A DNA stretch of 64,000 nt. Origin: Planctomycetota bacterium (GTDB lineage Bacteria; Planctomycetota; UBA1135). The notes beneath the pieces were generated by a model. That model was not told where the DNA came from and ran no database searches. It saw nothing but the letters and a program-made list of their open reading frames with translations. This document shows, piece after piece, positions 19,586 to 30,005 of the stretch. Within the stretch, counting starts at the first letter, position 1; the number at the start of each line of letters is the position of its first letter. Location: assembly GCA_045047305.1 (NCBI GenBank), contig JASFYO010000003.1, positions 1 to 64,000 of the forward strand. Reading direction: 5' to 3'. A program made the position numbers and the translations under genes.

Positions 19586-21064
19586 TTGTCAATTACCCTA
19601 TTTTTACTCGCCAATTTGGCGTTCCCTCCTGCTCAGAGCCCGCAATCCGCACAATCGGGGCTCCCGCATCCAACCTTTCCGGTCCTCGGCATCGATGCTG
19701 GAGATCTTGAAGCCGGACCGTGGGATGGGCGCCGATGGTGGGCAGCACTGCAACCTTCCTGGAGTAATGGGAACCAGGTTTTACTCGAAGATGCCCTGCG
19801 CGAGGCCTTGCTCGAGCGCGTCGCGGCTTCCTTCGATGGGGGTGAAACGGAGCTCGCCAATTGGGTCCAGATGACTGCACCCTCTGCACTCACTTTGAAT
19901 TATAGAATTATGGTGGATAGTAAGGAAGCTCTTGCCGGACGCGAAAGCGTCCCCATGGGCCGCGCCGTTTCTTTTGGAGATCTCACCCGGAACTCCTGCA
20001 TCCTTGATTTTGACGTGGAGATTGCGTCTGGGTCCGGCATTTTCGACCCCATTATGGGTACCCAATATTCGGGTTCTTCTTTGGCCCTGCAGATTCTTCC
20101 CGTCCCCGGCAAGGGCTGGGTCGCCGAAGTTGGTATGGCACATAGTCGCCGTCTTCCGGGCGAGCCGATTGCCATGAAATATGCTCAGGTTTCGGGGAAG
20201 GAGAGATTGATTGAACGGATTGCAGAGGTTGGTGGGCATGGTTTACTGACTCCTCACCAGTCGGTGGCTTTTGAATTACCAAATCTAGGCCCAGGCCGAA
20301 TCACTCTAGAGCTGATTGCGGATAGCCCGGCCCCATCTGGAGTCATCGTTTTGAGTGAAACTCTTGCATGGGTTGCTTTGCCCAATTTGGCGCACTCGGA
20401 GCAATGGGAAACCCTGATGTCCGATTGGGATCAAAAACGTTCCATCTGGTCGAATAGCCAAGGTGATCTGGTATTCGAAGGTGCCGACGCCGCTGAAGCG
20501 GCTAAGGCTGCTATGGTTCTGGAACAATCCCAAGTGAATCCAGTGCAGGTACTGTTGGATGTGCAACGCATTCTTGGAGGCGTTGAGGGGGAAGATTCGA
20601 GCTTGCATGCGGTGGTGCTCGAAAACACCAATCTTCGTTTTGCACAGGGCACGGTGCGCGATGCTTTGGTGGAATGGGATGTGGAAGTCGCGCAAGTGGC
20701 ACGCATAGCGGATCCGCGTTTCGTCAATTTATTCTCTGGCTGGAATGGAGATTTACGCGCTCGGCACCGCGCCGATGGGTTATTTGAAGTCGACCTCGAT
20801 CTCAGCTTTAGCGTGGTGGATGTGTCTATTCATCGAGATATTCGACTTGCCGCAGCAACTTTAGGAGAAAAGGGTTACGACGGCAATGTTCCCGCCAGCC
20901 CAGCCCACACCATGGAAGTGGAAACTCCCGAGGTCAAGGAAGTGCGTTTTCACGGCACCTATTTGAGTGATAAAAACGGGCGTATTGTGTTGATTCGTAG
21001 TGCGAATTCGGTGCTCGGCGAAGCCGGGCGGCTGCGCATCGAAATCCAGCTCAGCCAGCCCTGA
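19586..21064 (+). CDS. Exported hypothetical protein with two secretin-like repeats
   Basis: Signal-like N-terminus; internal repeats DFDVEIASGSGIFDP..G and EWDVEVAQVARIADP..G. Confidence 0.55.
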   Translation: MSITLFLLANLAFPPAQSPQSAQSGLPHPTFPVLGIDAGDLEAGPWDGRRWWAALQPSWSNGNQVLLEDALREALLERVAASFDGGETELANWVQMTAPSALTLNYRIMVDSKEALAGRESVPMGRAVSFGDLTRNSCILDFDVEIASGSGIFDPIMGTQYSGSSLALQILPVPGKGWVAEVGMAHSRRLPGEPIAMKYAQVSGKERLIERIAEVGGHGLLTPHQSVAFELPNLGPGRITLELIADSPAPSGVIVLSETLAWVALPNLAHSEQWETLMSDWDQKRSIWSNSQGDLVFEGADAAEAAKAAMVLEQSQVNPVQVLLDVQRILGGVEGEDSSLHAVVLENTNLRFAQGTVRDALVEWDVEVAQVARIADPRFVNLFSGWNGDLRARHRADGLFEVDLDLSFSVVDVSIHRDIRLAAATLGEKGYDGNVPASPAHTMEVETPEVKEVRFHGTYLSDKNGRIVLIRSANSVLGEAGRLRIEIQLSQP

Positions 21065-21107
21065 AGCTCCTTACTCAGCATAAGGCGGCTGCTATGCTTG
21101 CCGCCCC

Positions 21108-24100
21108 ATGCTGCTGTTCCAACATCCTGCTGCTTTCCTTCTACTTTTTGCCTGCTCTACGCCGTCGGCTCACCCAGAAAACGGAATCAGTGCGGCCATG
21201 ATCGAGGGCGTCGGGCCTTCCGTGCAGCAAACGCCAACCGGTCCGCCTGAGTTAGAGCTGCCGCGCCAACCCGCACTTTCCCCCGACGCAACTCAGGTTG
21301 CGTTTAGTCATCAAGGCGATATCTGGGTTGCCCCGGTGAAGGGGGGGCGTGCAGTGCGGTTGACTGCAAACGATGCCTACGAAGGCCGTCCGAGGTGGTC
21401 GCCAGATGGTAGAAGTTTAGCTTTCGTAAGTAATCGTCATGGCAACTGGGATATCTACACCATGCCGGCATGGGGTGGAACGCCTAATCGCATCACTTGG
21501 CACTCGGAAGGTGAGCGCCTTTATCAATGGTTGGATGATGATCGTCTCTTGATGGGAGCGCAACGTGACCGACGCTATTCGCGGCGTGATCTTGGTGCAT
21601 GGATTGCCTATACCGATGGTCGCACGCCAACCGTCATTGGCGATTGGGCCATCATGGCAGCCAGTGTCTCTCAAGATGGCAAAACCATGGTTTATGAACG
21701 CGGACATGGTGATCCTTCGCGTCGTGCCTACCGCGGCCCGGCCAATAGTTCCTTATGGACCTATGACATGGAGAGTCACCTGCATAAGCAAATCACTGAA
21801 TCCGATGGCAATGATTTGGCGCCCATGTTGTCCCCTGATGGCAAGACCACTTACTTTTTATCCGACCGTTCGTGCGCAGGCAACCTCGAGGGCCGCGATT
21901 TAGGTTTGTGGAAAATCCCAACCCAAGGTGGCCGTGCGCGTTTGGTTTATCATCCTGGTGGTCGCAGTTTGCGCAATGCGGCTCTTTCCCAGAATGGGAA
22001 GGAAATCGTCGCAGAGTTGGATTTAGGGTTGGTGCGCATTGCAACCCAAGATGGATCGGTTCAGGCTTTGCCGGTTTTTGGGAGCATCGACCCTTCCGAC
22101 CCTGTGGTGCATGACCGCACGGTGACAGGTGGAGCTTCTGGTCTTGCGGTTTCTCCTGATGGTGAAAGCATTGCCTTTGTCGCAGCTGGCGATGTCTATG
22201 TCATGCGCAAGCACGAAGACATTAAGCGGTGCGTGCGCGTAACCACCCATCCGGCACCGGACTATGCGCCGCTGTGGATGGAAGACGGGAAGGCGTTATT
22301 GTTTATCAGTGAACGCGATGGCAATGCTGAATTCTACCTAGCGAGAGTGCCGGGTACCGAGGATGGGGAAGAAGGTGATACTGCTCAAGAATCCGAATCC
22401 GCCGCCGCTGCTGATTCGAAAGACGCGGAGGTTTTGGAAGCGGCCCATGAGGAGCCCATCCCGTTCTACATGTCGCGGGAGTTCGATATTGAGCGCCTTA
22501 CCAACACCGCAGCGGATGAATCTCAGCCCGGGTTGTCACCGGATGGGAAAACTTTGGCGTGGGTTGTCGGACTAGGCGACCTCGTGGTTGGAGAGCCTAA
22601 AACGGCTGAAATCCGTCGCACCTTAGTGAGTGGGTTTGACAGCCCCGATTACGATTGGTCCCCCGACTCGGAGTGGCTGGTTTACGCCGTGTCCGACGAC
22701 GATTTCAATACCGATGTGTTTTTGCAGCGGGTGAATATTGAAGGCTTGGATGCTTCTGAGCCCGGCGTGTCGCCCTATAACCTAACCGTGCATCCGGACG
22801 ATGACACTGCGCCACGCTGGTCTCCAGATGGCCGCCACATCCTTTTCACTTCGCGTCGCATGATGTTGGATGAGACCGATGTGTGGATGGTTCATCTGCG
22901 CGCAGAGGATCAGGAGATGAATAAGCAAGAGCGCTTAGAGGCAGAGGAGGCCATTAAAAAAGCGCAGAAGGCGAAGAAAGCAAAGAAATCGGAAGCTGCT
23001 AAATCTACCTCGACTGGAGAAGTTGATTTTGTCGTGAGCGGGACATGGGAAGGCTTGGTTACTGGACCAGAACCAATCCCCTCCACCGGTTTGCCGCTAA
23101 CTTTACGTTTGTTGAAAACCGGGAGCGAGATTCAAGGCGAACTTGAGTCGATGCTCTTTTCTTCACCGTGCGAAGCATTAGTGTGGGATGCGGGATCGAA
23201 TACTTTGACTTTCACTTTGTCGATCCCGAACAGCCCGGGAGCCACCGTAGAACTCAACCTCAATGGCGAAGACATGAGTGGAGTGGCCTTGGTGGATGGA
23301 CAGGAATACCAAATCGTCGGCTCTAGATCATCAACCTCGAGCGGGTTGGAAGAAGGTGATTTGGAAGTGGAGGATGAAGTCGTTACGGAGGCCGATAGCG
23401 ATGATGAGGCAAAGCCAGAAGCGGATGAGGCTAAGGATAAAGTGGATGCCGTCATCATCGACTGGACCGATTTGCGTCGTCGCCTAGTGCGTATGACGCG
23501 TCGCGAAGGCAATGAATCGGCTCTTGGTTGGAGCGCAGATTCGAAGAAGCTTTACTTCAATGCTCAGACCGGTACCCGTCTCACTAACGGGACCACTGCT
23601 GAAACCGGTTTCTTTAGTTTAGAGATTGATGGTGGTAAGGAAGAGAAGGTGGAAAGCAGCACGGTGTTTTCCTTTACTTTATCCGCCAAGGAGTTGTTTT
23701 ATGTAAAAGGTGGCAAGATTGTCGGCAATGCTGGCAAGGGCAAAACCTACGGTTTCTCGGTGCGTTATCGCGAGGACTTACGCGATGTCCGCGAAGCTGT
23801 TATCGGTGAAGTTTGGCGGGCATTGGATCGCAACTTCTATGATCCAAAATTCCACGGCCATGATTGGGCACAATCACTAGTGAAGTGGGGGCCTGCTGCA
23901 CGCGCTGCAAGCACGCGTGAGGATTACGGTGAAATGGTGAACTGGATGCTCGGCGAAATGAATGCTAGCCATATGGGTTACTACAGTTTCGGTAGCTCTG
24001 CGGCGCGAGAAACCGATGCGCCTAGCATGGGCTTGCTCGGGGTGCTTTGGGATGAGGCGTATGGCGGCGCTGGACGTCGGGTGCGCGAGGTAATCGATGG

Positions 24101-24923
24101 CACTCCTGCCGCACGCACCATCAGCCCACTGCATGCCGGCGACGTGGTCCTTTCGGTCAATGGAGAAAGCTATCTCGCAGGTGATAACTGGTACCGCCTG
24201 ATGTCGGGCACCGCCGGTCGTCCGACTTTCCTCCAGGTCATGAATGCTGACCAAGAAATACGCGAGGTCAACATCCGCCCGACCTCCTCCATCAACGCAG
24301 CCCTCTACCACCGCTTTGAAGACGTTTCCCGCGCTCGTGTGGAAGATGTCTCTGAAGGCCGCTTGGGGTACATTCATATCGAATCGATGAGTACCGGACC
24401 TTTGGTCGATTTCGAGCGTGACCTCTTCGCGGCTGGCCACGGTAAAGATGGCCTCATCATCGACGTGCGGGAAAATGGTGGCGGTTGGACCACCGACATG
24501 ATTCTTGCCATGTTGACGGTGCGCGATCACGCCATCACGATTCCACGCGGTGGTGGCGAAGGATACCCTCAAGGACGTCGCGTTTTTGCGACTTGGAATA
24601 AGCCAATTGTGGTGTTGTGCAATGAGAATAGTTACTCCAACGCAGAGATTTTTGCCTGGGCGATTAAAACCTTGAATCGTGGCCCGTTAGTCGGCAAAGC
24701 CACCTATGGGGCGGTGATTTCAACCGGAGGCACCAGTTTGATGGATGGATCATTCGTGCGGCTTCCCTTCCGTGGTTGGTATGTGAATGATAAAAATCAC
24801 ACCAATATGGAATTGAATGGGTGCCCAGTGGATTACTCGGTCGAAAACCTGCCTGGAGATGGGGTGATAGGGCTGGACCGTCAGCTTGAAAAAGCCATCG
24901 AAGTCGGTCTGAAACAGCTGTAA
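21108..24923 (+). CDS. Tricorn-like S41 protease (beta-propeller, PDZ, S41), probable lipoprotein
   Basis: Many PD40 WSPDG repeats, NASHMG, GYIHI, IDVRENGGG, catalytic SYSNAE; LFAC lipobox. Confidence 0.92.
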   Translation: MLLFQHPAAFLLLFACSTPSAHPENGISAAMIEGVGPSVQQTPTGPPELELPRQPALSPDATQVAFSHQGDIWVAPVKGGRAVRLTANDAYEGRPRWSPDGRSLAFVSNRHGNWDIYTMPAWGGTPNRITWHSEGERLYQWLDDDRLLMGAQRDRRYSRRDLGAWIAYTDGRTPTVIGDWAIMAASVSQDGKTMVYERGHGDPSRRAYRGPANSSLWTYDMESHLHKQITESDGNDLAPMLSPDGKTTYFLSDRSCAGNLEGRDLGLWKIPTQGGRARLVYHPGGRSLRNAALSQNGKEIVAELDLGLVRIATQDGSVQALPVFGSIDPSDPVVHDRTVTGGASGLAVSPDGESIAFVAAGDVYVMRKHEDIKRCVRVTTHPAPDYAPLWMEDGKALLFISERDGNAEFYLARVPGTEDGEEGDTAQESESAAAADSKDAEVLEAAHEEPIPFYMSREFDIERLTNTAADESQPGLSPDGKTLAWVVGLGDLVVGEPKTAEIRRTLVSGFDSPDYDWSPDSEWLVYAVSDDDFNTDVFLQRVNIEGLDASEPGVSPYNLTVHPDDDTAPRWSPDGRHILFTSRRMMLDETDVWMVHLRAEDQEMNKQERLEAEEAIKKAQKAKKAKKSEAAKSTSTGEVDFVVSGTWEGLVTGPEPIPSTGLPLTLRLLKTGSEIQGELESMLFSSPCEALVWDAGSNTLTFTLSIPNSPGATVELNLNGEDMSGVALVDGQEYQIVGSRSSTSSGLEEGDLEVEDEVVTEADSDDEAKPEADEAKDKVDAVIIDWTDLRRRLVRMTRREGNESALGWSADSKKLYFNAQTGTRLTNGTTAETGFFSLEIDGGKEEKVESSTVFSFTLSAKELFYVKGGKIVGNAGKGKTYGFSVRYREDLRDVREAVIGEVWRALDRNFYDPKFHGHDWAQSLVKWGPAARAASTREDYGEMVNWMLGEMNASHMGYYSFGSSAARETDAPSMGLLGVLWDEAYGGAGRRVREVIDGTPAARTISPLHAGDVVLSVNGESYLAGDNWYRLMSGTAGRPTFLQVMNADQEIREVNIRPTSSINAALYHRFEDVSRARVEDVSEGRLGYIHIESMSTGPLVDFERDLFAAGHGKDGLIIDVRENGGGWTTDMILAMLTVRDHAITIPRGGGEGYPQGRRVFATWNKPIVVLCNENSYSNAEIFAWAIKTLNRGPLVGKATYGAVISTGGTSLMDGSFVRLPFRGWYVNDKNHTNMELNGCPVDYSVENLPGDGVIGLDRQLEKAIEVGLKQL

Positions 24924-24996
24924 GCATTGGGATTCTTGGAATTAGACTGCGTTTGCCCTACTCCATGCGTAAAGTAGGGCAGCGGAGACCCCATCA

Positions 24997-25512
24997 ATGA
25001 ATCCTCAAGAAATAGAAACCGCACAAGCTAGTTCCGGTAATTTTTGGGAGGACTTTTTCTCCTTCCTTAGCGCTGACTCCCTACAAGACTTAATGTCTTG
25101 GGAGTTTTGGCTGGTTGTGACCATCGTTTTACTCGCAGGTGAAATCCTAACTTCAGGTTTTTTGCTCGGCGCTTTAACCCCCGGGACCTTGCTCGCTGCA
25201 ATTTGCGCAGGCCTTGGCTTGAATATGTATGTCCAAGTCGGCGCCTTCATTGTGGGCACCTTCGGCGGTTTATTCCTTTTACGGCCCTTCTTCATGCGCA
25301 AGCTCATGGACGGCGGTGTCCCGTCCAATGTGGATGCTCTGGTTGGTAGCTCAGCGGAAGTTACCGAAGCGATTGCTGTTCACGATGCTGGGCGGGTCAA
25401 AGTGGTCTCCGAGGAGTGGCGTGCCCGCTCCAGTCAAGAGTTTTCAGCGGGTACCCGCGTGAAAGTTCTTTCCATTGAGGGCAACACTTTGATTGTTGGC
25501 CCTGCTGAGTAA
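24997..25512 (+). CDS. Short NfeD-family membrane protein
   Basis: TM region plus OB-fold (GRVKVVSEEWRARS...GTRVKV); upstream of SPFH gene. Confidence 0.88.
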   Translation: MNPQEIETAQASSGNFWEDFFSFLSADSLQDLMSWEFWLVVTIVLLAGEILTSGFLLGALTPGTLLAAICAGLGLNMYVQVGAFIVGTFGGLFLLRPFFMRKLMDGGVPSNVDALVGSSAEVTEAIAVHDAGRVKVVSEEWRARSSQEFSAGTRVKVLSIEGNTLIVGPAE

Positions 25513-25536
25513 TCCTGTTCCTCTAATCATCATCCC

Positions 25537-26529
25537 ATGCCTTACGTACTTTTAGGTCTCGTTGCTCTTGTTGTCCTCTTAGCCATTCGAGGGCTCAAGA
25601 TTATTCGTCAAGCAGAACTCATGCTGGTCGAGCGCCTCGGTAAATACCATCGTACTTTGGAGCCTGGAATCAATATTATCTGGCCCTTCATTGATCGCCC
25701 GCGACCGATTTCTTGGCGTATGAAGATTCAAAGTGCACGCGGCGCGGTCTCGCGCACCATCCAAACCAACACGGTTGATTTACGCGAGCAGGTTTTTGAC
25801 TTTCCAGAGCAAAGTGTAATTACATGCGACAATGTAGTGATTGAAGTCAATGGCTTGCTTTACTACCAGGTAACCGATGCCCGTCGCGCGATTTATGAGG
25901 TAGCCAACTTGCCTATGGCTATTGAGAAACTTGCGCAAACCACCCTGCGTAACATCATCGGTGAAATGGAACTGGATACGACCTTGTCGAGCCGCGATGA
26001 AATTAACTCCAAAATGCGCGCGGTGTTGGACGATGCTACCGACAAGTGGGGCGTAAAAGTGAATCGCGTGGAGCTGCAAGACATTAGCCCTCCAGCCACC
26101 GTGGTGCAGGCCATGGAGAAGCAGATGAAGGCAGAACGTGAGCGTCGTGCGGTGATTTTGGAGGCGGAAGGCGTTAAGGCTTCCCAGATACTTCGCGCAC
26201 AAGGTCAACGCGATTCAGCCATCGCGGTTGCAGAAGGTGAGCGGCAGAGCCGGATTCTAAAAGCAGAAGGCGAAGCGAAAGGTCTCGATATCGTGCGTGT
26301 CGCGCTGCAAGATGTCGACACCGATGCCGCGCAATATCAAATCGCTAAGGCTTACCTCGACACCTTACAGGACATCGGGAAGACTGGCCGCGGAGATAAG
26401 ACTGTGTTCCTGCCATTCGAAACGGCGAATGTGTTGGGCAGCATCGGTGGTATTCGAGAAATCCTCGGTAGTACTGGCGTAGTAGCATCGGGACCGACGG
26501 CAACAATGCCGCCACCGCTGAAGGGTTAA
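25537..26529 (+). CDS. SPFH/band-7 (QmcA-like) protein
   Basis: VERLGKY, VITCDNV, TTLRNIIG, WGVKVNRVE, QMKAERERRA. Confidence 0.93.
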   Translation: MPYVLLGLVALVVLLAIRGLKIIRQAELMLVERLGKYHRTLEPGINIIWPFIDRPRPISWRMKIQSARGAVSRTIQTNTVDLREQVFDFPEQSVITCDNVVIEVNGLLYYQVTDARRAIYEVANLPMAIEKLAQTTLRNIIGEMELDTTLSSRDEINSKMRAVLDDATDKWGVKVNRVELQDISPPATVVQAMEKQMKAERERRAVILEAEGVKASQILRAQGQRDSAIAVAEGERQSRILKAEGEAKGLDIVRVALQDVDTDAAQYQIAKAYLDTLQDIGKTGRGDKTVFLPFETANVLGSIGGIREILGSTGVVASGPTATMPPPLKG

Positions 26530-26534
26530 CACCT

Positions 26535-27215
26535 CTAACACCCAAGCTGGTCTGCTAAGTCCGTGAGATCACGGGCTTGGTAGGCCAGCTTTAAATCGGC
26601 TGGTGTGGGCTCGTCGTCGCGCTGGACAAAGGCAAGATGGAATCCCAGGCGGCTGGCAGGTACCAAGTCATAAAAGGAGTAAGCGCTGACATGCAATACG
26701 TCCTTCGCTTCGCAGTCCAAGAGCCGCAAGGCGGCCTGCCAATGCTTCGCGGCCGGTTTATAGCTCTGAATGGCTTCGGCTGGAACGAGGAGAGGGGCAA
26801 CCAGCGAGAGGGTCTTTGTCGCTGCGTGGTGGAGGGGTTGCGCATCGCAGTTGCTCAAAAGCCCGATGGTGCAGTGCTTGGCCAATCGTTTCAGGGCGTC
26901 GGCACTGTCAGGGAAGGCCGGCCAGTCGGCCTGTGCTCGACTGAATGACTGGCAGGAGGCTGCAGACAGCTCGATTTGGAGCACCTTTTGTACCGCATAG
27001 CGGATGGAATCACTCAGTATTTGGTGGTATGCCCGCCAGGGGCCGGCCTGAATGCGTCGCTCTTCCTCCATACGCTCTACTTCGAGAGCGTCGAAGCGGT
27101 CCTCGAAGCCTTGAAGTTCCGCAAGGGCCTGCAGACTAATTTGTTGTCCGCGCCGCCAATCGGTTAACGTTCCGAAGCAATCAAACGTAAGGGCTCTGTA
27201 GGGGAAGTCTCGCAT
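26535..27215 (-). CDS. HAD-superfamily haloacid dehalogenase type II-like hydrolase
   Basis: TFDCFGTLTDW, LSN, SYKP, HVSAYSFYD. Confidence 0.85.
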   Translation of the reverse strand: MRDFPYRALTFDCFGTLTDWRRGQQISLQALAELQGFEDRFDALEVERMEEERRIQAGPWRAYHQILSDSIRYAVQKVLQIELSAASCQSFSRAQADWPAFPDSADALKRLAKHCTIGLLSNCDAQPLHHAATKTLSLVAPLLVPAEAIQSYKPAAKHWQAALRLLDCEAKDVLHVSAYSFYDLVPASRLGFHLAFVQRDDEPTPADLKLAYQARDLTDLADQLGC

Positions 27216-27289
27216 CTCAGGTTGATTCTAGGGGCCGTAACAGCGAAGATTCCATCCGGCGCATTTCTTTGCGTCCTCTACCTACCATC

Positions 27290-28219
27290 ATGCCCAAAAC
27301 TCCTGCCGTCGTCGTCCGCGGCCTCGAAGTAAAACTTGGAGGGAAGCCCATCCTTAAAGGGGTGGATATGGAGGTCTATCCCGGTGACCTGTTTGGCCTG
27401 CTCGGACGTAATGGTGCTGGAAAGACCACTGCTATGCGTTGTCTGCTTGGCTACCTGCCGTACCAAGGTGGACATTGCTCCATGTTTGGGGTGTCGAGTG
27501 AGGCGGTGCATAAGATTGAGCAGCCGTATGGAGTCGCCTTAGATCCTCCGGGCATGGACGACACCCTAACCCTGCGGCAAAACTTGGAGGTGGCGATGAT
27601 TCGCGGTGGAATCCAAGGTGGTCGGGGAGTTGAAGAGGTCTTGGATTTAGTCGGATTGAAGCATCGTCAACATAATCGTGGAGATCGTCTCTCTCATGGT
27701 CAAGGCCGACGTGCTGCTGTTGCGCGCGCATTGCTTGGCAGCCCCGAACTTTTGGTTTTGGATGAGCCTTTGTCTGGTCTAGATCCAGAAGGCGTGGAAC
27801 GAATGTTGAGTTTGTTCCGAACTTTGGCACAAGATCAAGGCGTCACCGTAGTGTTGTCGAGCCATCATTTGAGAGAAGTCGAGCACGTCTGCAATCGTGT
27901 TGGGATGATTGAAGATGGGCGTACTTTGTTGCAAGGGGAAACCGACGCTCTCTTGACCCAAGCCGGCGATGGCTTGCTAATTCGTGCGCAAAGAGAAGAC
28001 CGCGTGCGCGAAGTGCTTTCTAAGTTACAGGGTGTCGATAGTGCGCCACGTTCGGTTGATGGCCAGCTACAGGTGCGCATTCAACCTGACTTCGATACCG
28101 TTGCGGCATTGGTGAAGATGGTAGAAAGTGGTGCCGGGGTGGAAGAGTTCTCACGCCAAAGAGCGGGCTTAGTGGATGTTTTCCATCAAGCACTGGAGTC
28201 CTTGGAGGCGGTGTCATGA
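27290..28219 (+). CDS. ABC transporter ATP-binding protein
   Basis: GRNGAGKTT, LSHGQ signature variant, LDEPLSGLD, SSHHL. Confidence 0.93.
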   Translation: MPKTPAVVVRGLEVKLGGKPILKGVDMEVYPGDLFGLLGRNGAGKTTAMRCLLGYLPYQGGHCSMFGVSSEAVHKIEQPYGVALDPPGMDDTLTLRQNLEVAMIRGGIQGGRGVEEVLDLVGLKHRQHNRGDRLSHGQGRRAAVARALLGSPELLVLDEPLSGLDPEGVERMLSLFRTLAQDQGVTVVLSSHHLREVEHVCNRVGMIEDGRTLLQGETDALLTQAGDGLLIRAQREDRVREVLSKLQGVDSAPRSVDGQLQVRIQPDFDTVAALVKMVESGAGVEEFSRQRAGLVDVFHQALESLEAVS

Positions 28220-29073
28220 TGGGGTTCTGGCGCGCCTTCCAGGGGGAGATTTACCTGCTACGCAAGCGACGTACCGTGCGCTGGGTACACTTTGGAGTCT
28301 TCCTAGTGGCAGTTCTTTTTGTAGCGGGTTCGCGGCTCAAGCTGGGAATTATGATGGCCGCTGGTTCTGGTGGCCCCACCGAAGTCGGAGCATGGAACTT
28401 TTGGCCCCAGTTTGCTGAAGGCACCCGGGCGGGGCTGTACCTAGTTGAGATTTCTATTCTGCTTCTTCTCGCAGGAGGGCTACCCAGGGAGATTCGCTCC
28501 GGCTCCATCCGCGATCCACTTTCGCGACGGATTTCACGCAACGCCTATACCGCTGCGCGTTGTTTGATTGGGCTGATCCTGCCTCTCAGCCTCTACCTTT
28601 TTGCATTGCTGGGCGCCGCGCTTGCTGCATCGGTGTTGTTTGACGCTGGCGACATTATGGAAGATGGCGAAGTCCTTCTTTCCATCGTTGATGATCAAGT
28701 CGCTTTCCATCTTTATCGCTCTATGTTACATGCGGTACCACCGTTGTTAGCGCTGGGATTATTCAGCGTATGGATGTCCACTGCCTTCCGCACTGGTGTT
28801 GCGGCAGTTGGCGTGGGCCTTGGCGTCATCCTGGCGCCAACTTTGCTGCACAGTGTTTTAGGTGATCGTGCGCCTTGGTTGTTCACCGATCTTCTGCCTG
28901 CACTAGGCCCAGATTCTTATCTGCAACGCACCGCTGGCTTCGCTGCTGGTTATGCTGATGCCTACCCATACGAGTTTGATGAAGTCGTCAAGCTCGGTTG
29001 GTTCACTCCTTGGCCGGCCTTCCTAATTGCTGGAGCTGGTGCCATCCTGATGTTTCGACGCAAACCTGTATGA
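28216..29073 (+). CDS. ABC-2 type permease
   Basis: About 6 TM helices, EIRSGSIR EAA-like loop; coupled to the ATPase. Confidence 0.8.
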   Translation: MMGFWRAFQGEIYLLRKRRTVRWVHFGVFLVAVLFVAGSRLKLGIMMAAGSGGPTEVGAWNFWPQFAEGTRAGLYLVEISILLLLAGGLPREIRSGSIRDPLSRRISRNAYTAARCLIGLILPLSLYLFALLGAALAASVLFDAGDIMEDGEVLLSIVDDQVAFHLYRSMLHAVPPLLALGLFSVWMSTAFRTGVAAVGVGLGVILAPTLLHSVLGDRAPWLFTDLLPALGPDSYLQRTAGFAAGYADAYPYEFDEVVKLGWFTPWPAFLIAGAGAILMFRRKPV

Positions 29074-30005
29074 CCTCGAATCGCATACTTGCGGTAGCGC
29101 TTTTGGGCGTAGCCAGCTGTTCCTTTACGCTTGAGCCTTTGCCCTTGCCGCCCTCGTTTCAGGCTTTATCATCAGCGCTGGAAGATGCGCCCTTGCAACG
29201 TGCTTTTCTTGGCCTCAGCACCGAACTGAATCAGCCCGAAGACGTATTCTCGCTGGAAATGCCTCCTGGCGTACGCATCATTGCCCTCGAGTCAGGGAGT
29301 CCAGCAGAAAAAGCTGGTGTTGTCGTCGGTGACATCTTGTTGCGCTTCGATGGCAAGGCGACAGACGACCCGCAGCGCTTACAATCCTTACTCGATGGCA
29401 TCAGCAGCGCGCGCAGCGTGGTATTGCGTTTGCAGCGTGGGGCCGAGGTCATTGAGACGGATGCCACGCTGGTGATGCAAGACACTCGACAGGTGCGGTA
29501 TCTTTACCACGTGGATCGCGGTTTTTTGCGGGCAGCCTTCCGCGACAATGCAGATGGCTTGCCCCAGGTCGTTGAGTTGGCAGAGGAAAGCCCCCTAGCT
29601 AAAGGTGGTGTGCGCCCTGGCGATGTGGTGTTGCAGTTTCAGGGTGAAGACCCTGGTTCTTCTGCAGAGATGATTCGCCGCGCGCAACTTAGTTTACACC
29701 CCGGTGATCCGATTGCTTTGTACGTGGTTGGCCCACGTGGATCGCGTCGTGCAATCGAAATCGAGGCATGGGACCCTGGCACTGCATTAACTCAAGTTGG
29801 GCTTTGGCCTTTGTTTATGTGGGAACGTGAAATCGGTAATGACCGCGGCGAGTTTCGACTTGGGCGCCTAATTATCACCGACCTTTTTCGTTATTCTCGC
29901 GATGGTGAAGAGCGCGAGTATTCCATTCTTAGCTTGCTCTCGTGGGAAACCGGCGAGCTTGTCCTCGAAAATTCCTTAGCGTCTAGCATGGAGTCACAAC
30001 CATGA
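29070..30005 (+). CDS. Double-PDZ lipoprotein
   Basis: Lipobox VASC; two PDZ signatures (SPAEKAGVVVGD, SPLAKGGVRPGD); beta-rich C-terminus. Confidence 0.8.
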   Translation: MTSNRILAVALLGVASCSFTLEPLPLPPSFQALSSALEDAPLQRAFLGLSTELNQPEDVFSLEMPPGVRIIALESGSPAEKAGVVVGDILLRFDGKATDDPQRLQSLLDGISSARSVVLRLQRGAEVIETDATLVMQDTRQVRYLYHVDRGFLRAAFRDNADGLPQVVELAEESPLAKGGVRPGDVVLQFQGEDPGSSAEMIRRAQLSLHPGDPIALYVVGPRGSRRAIEIEAWDPGTALTQVGLWPLFMWEREIGNDRGEFRLGRLIITDLFRYSRDGEEREYSILSLLSWETGELVLENSLASSMESQP

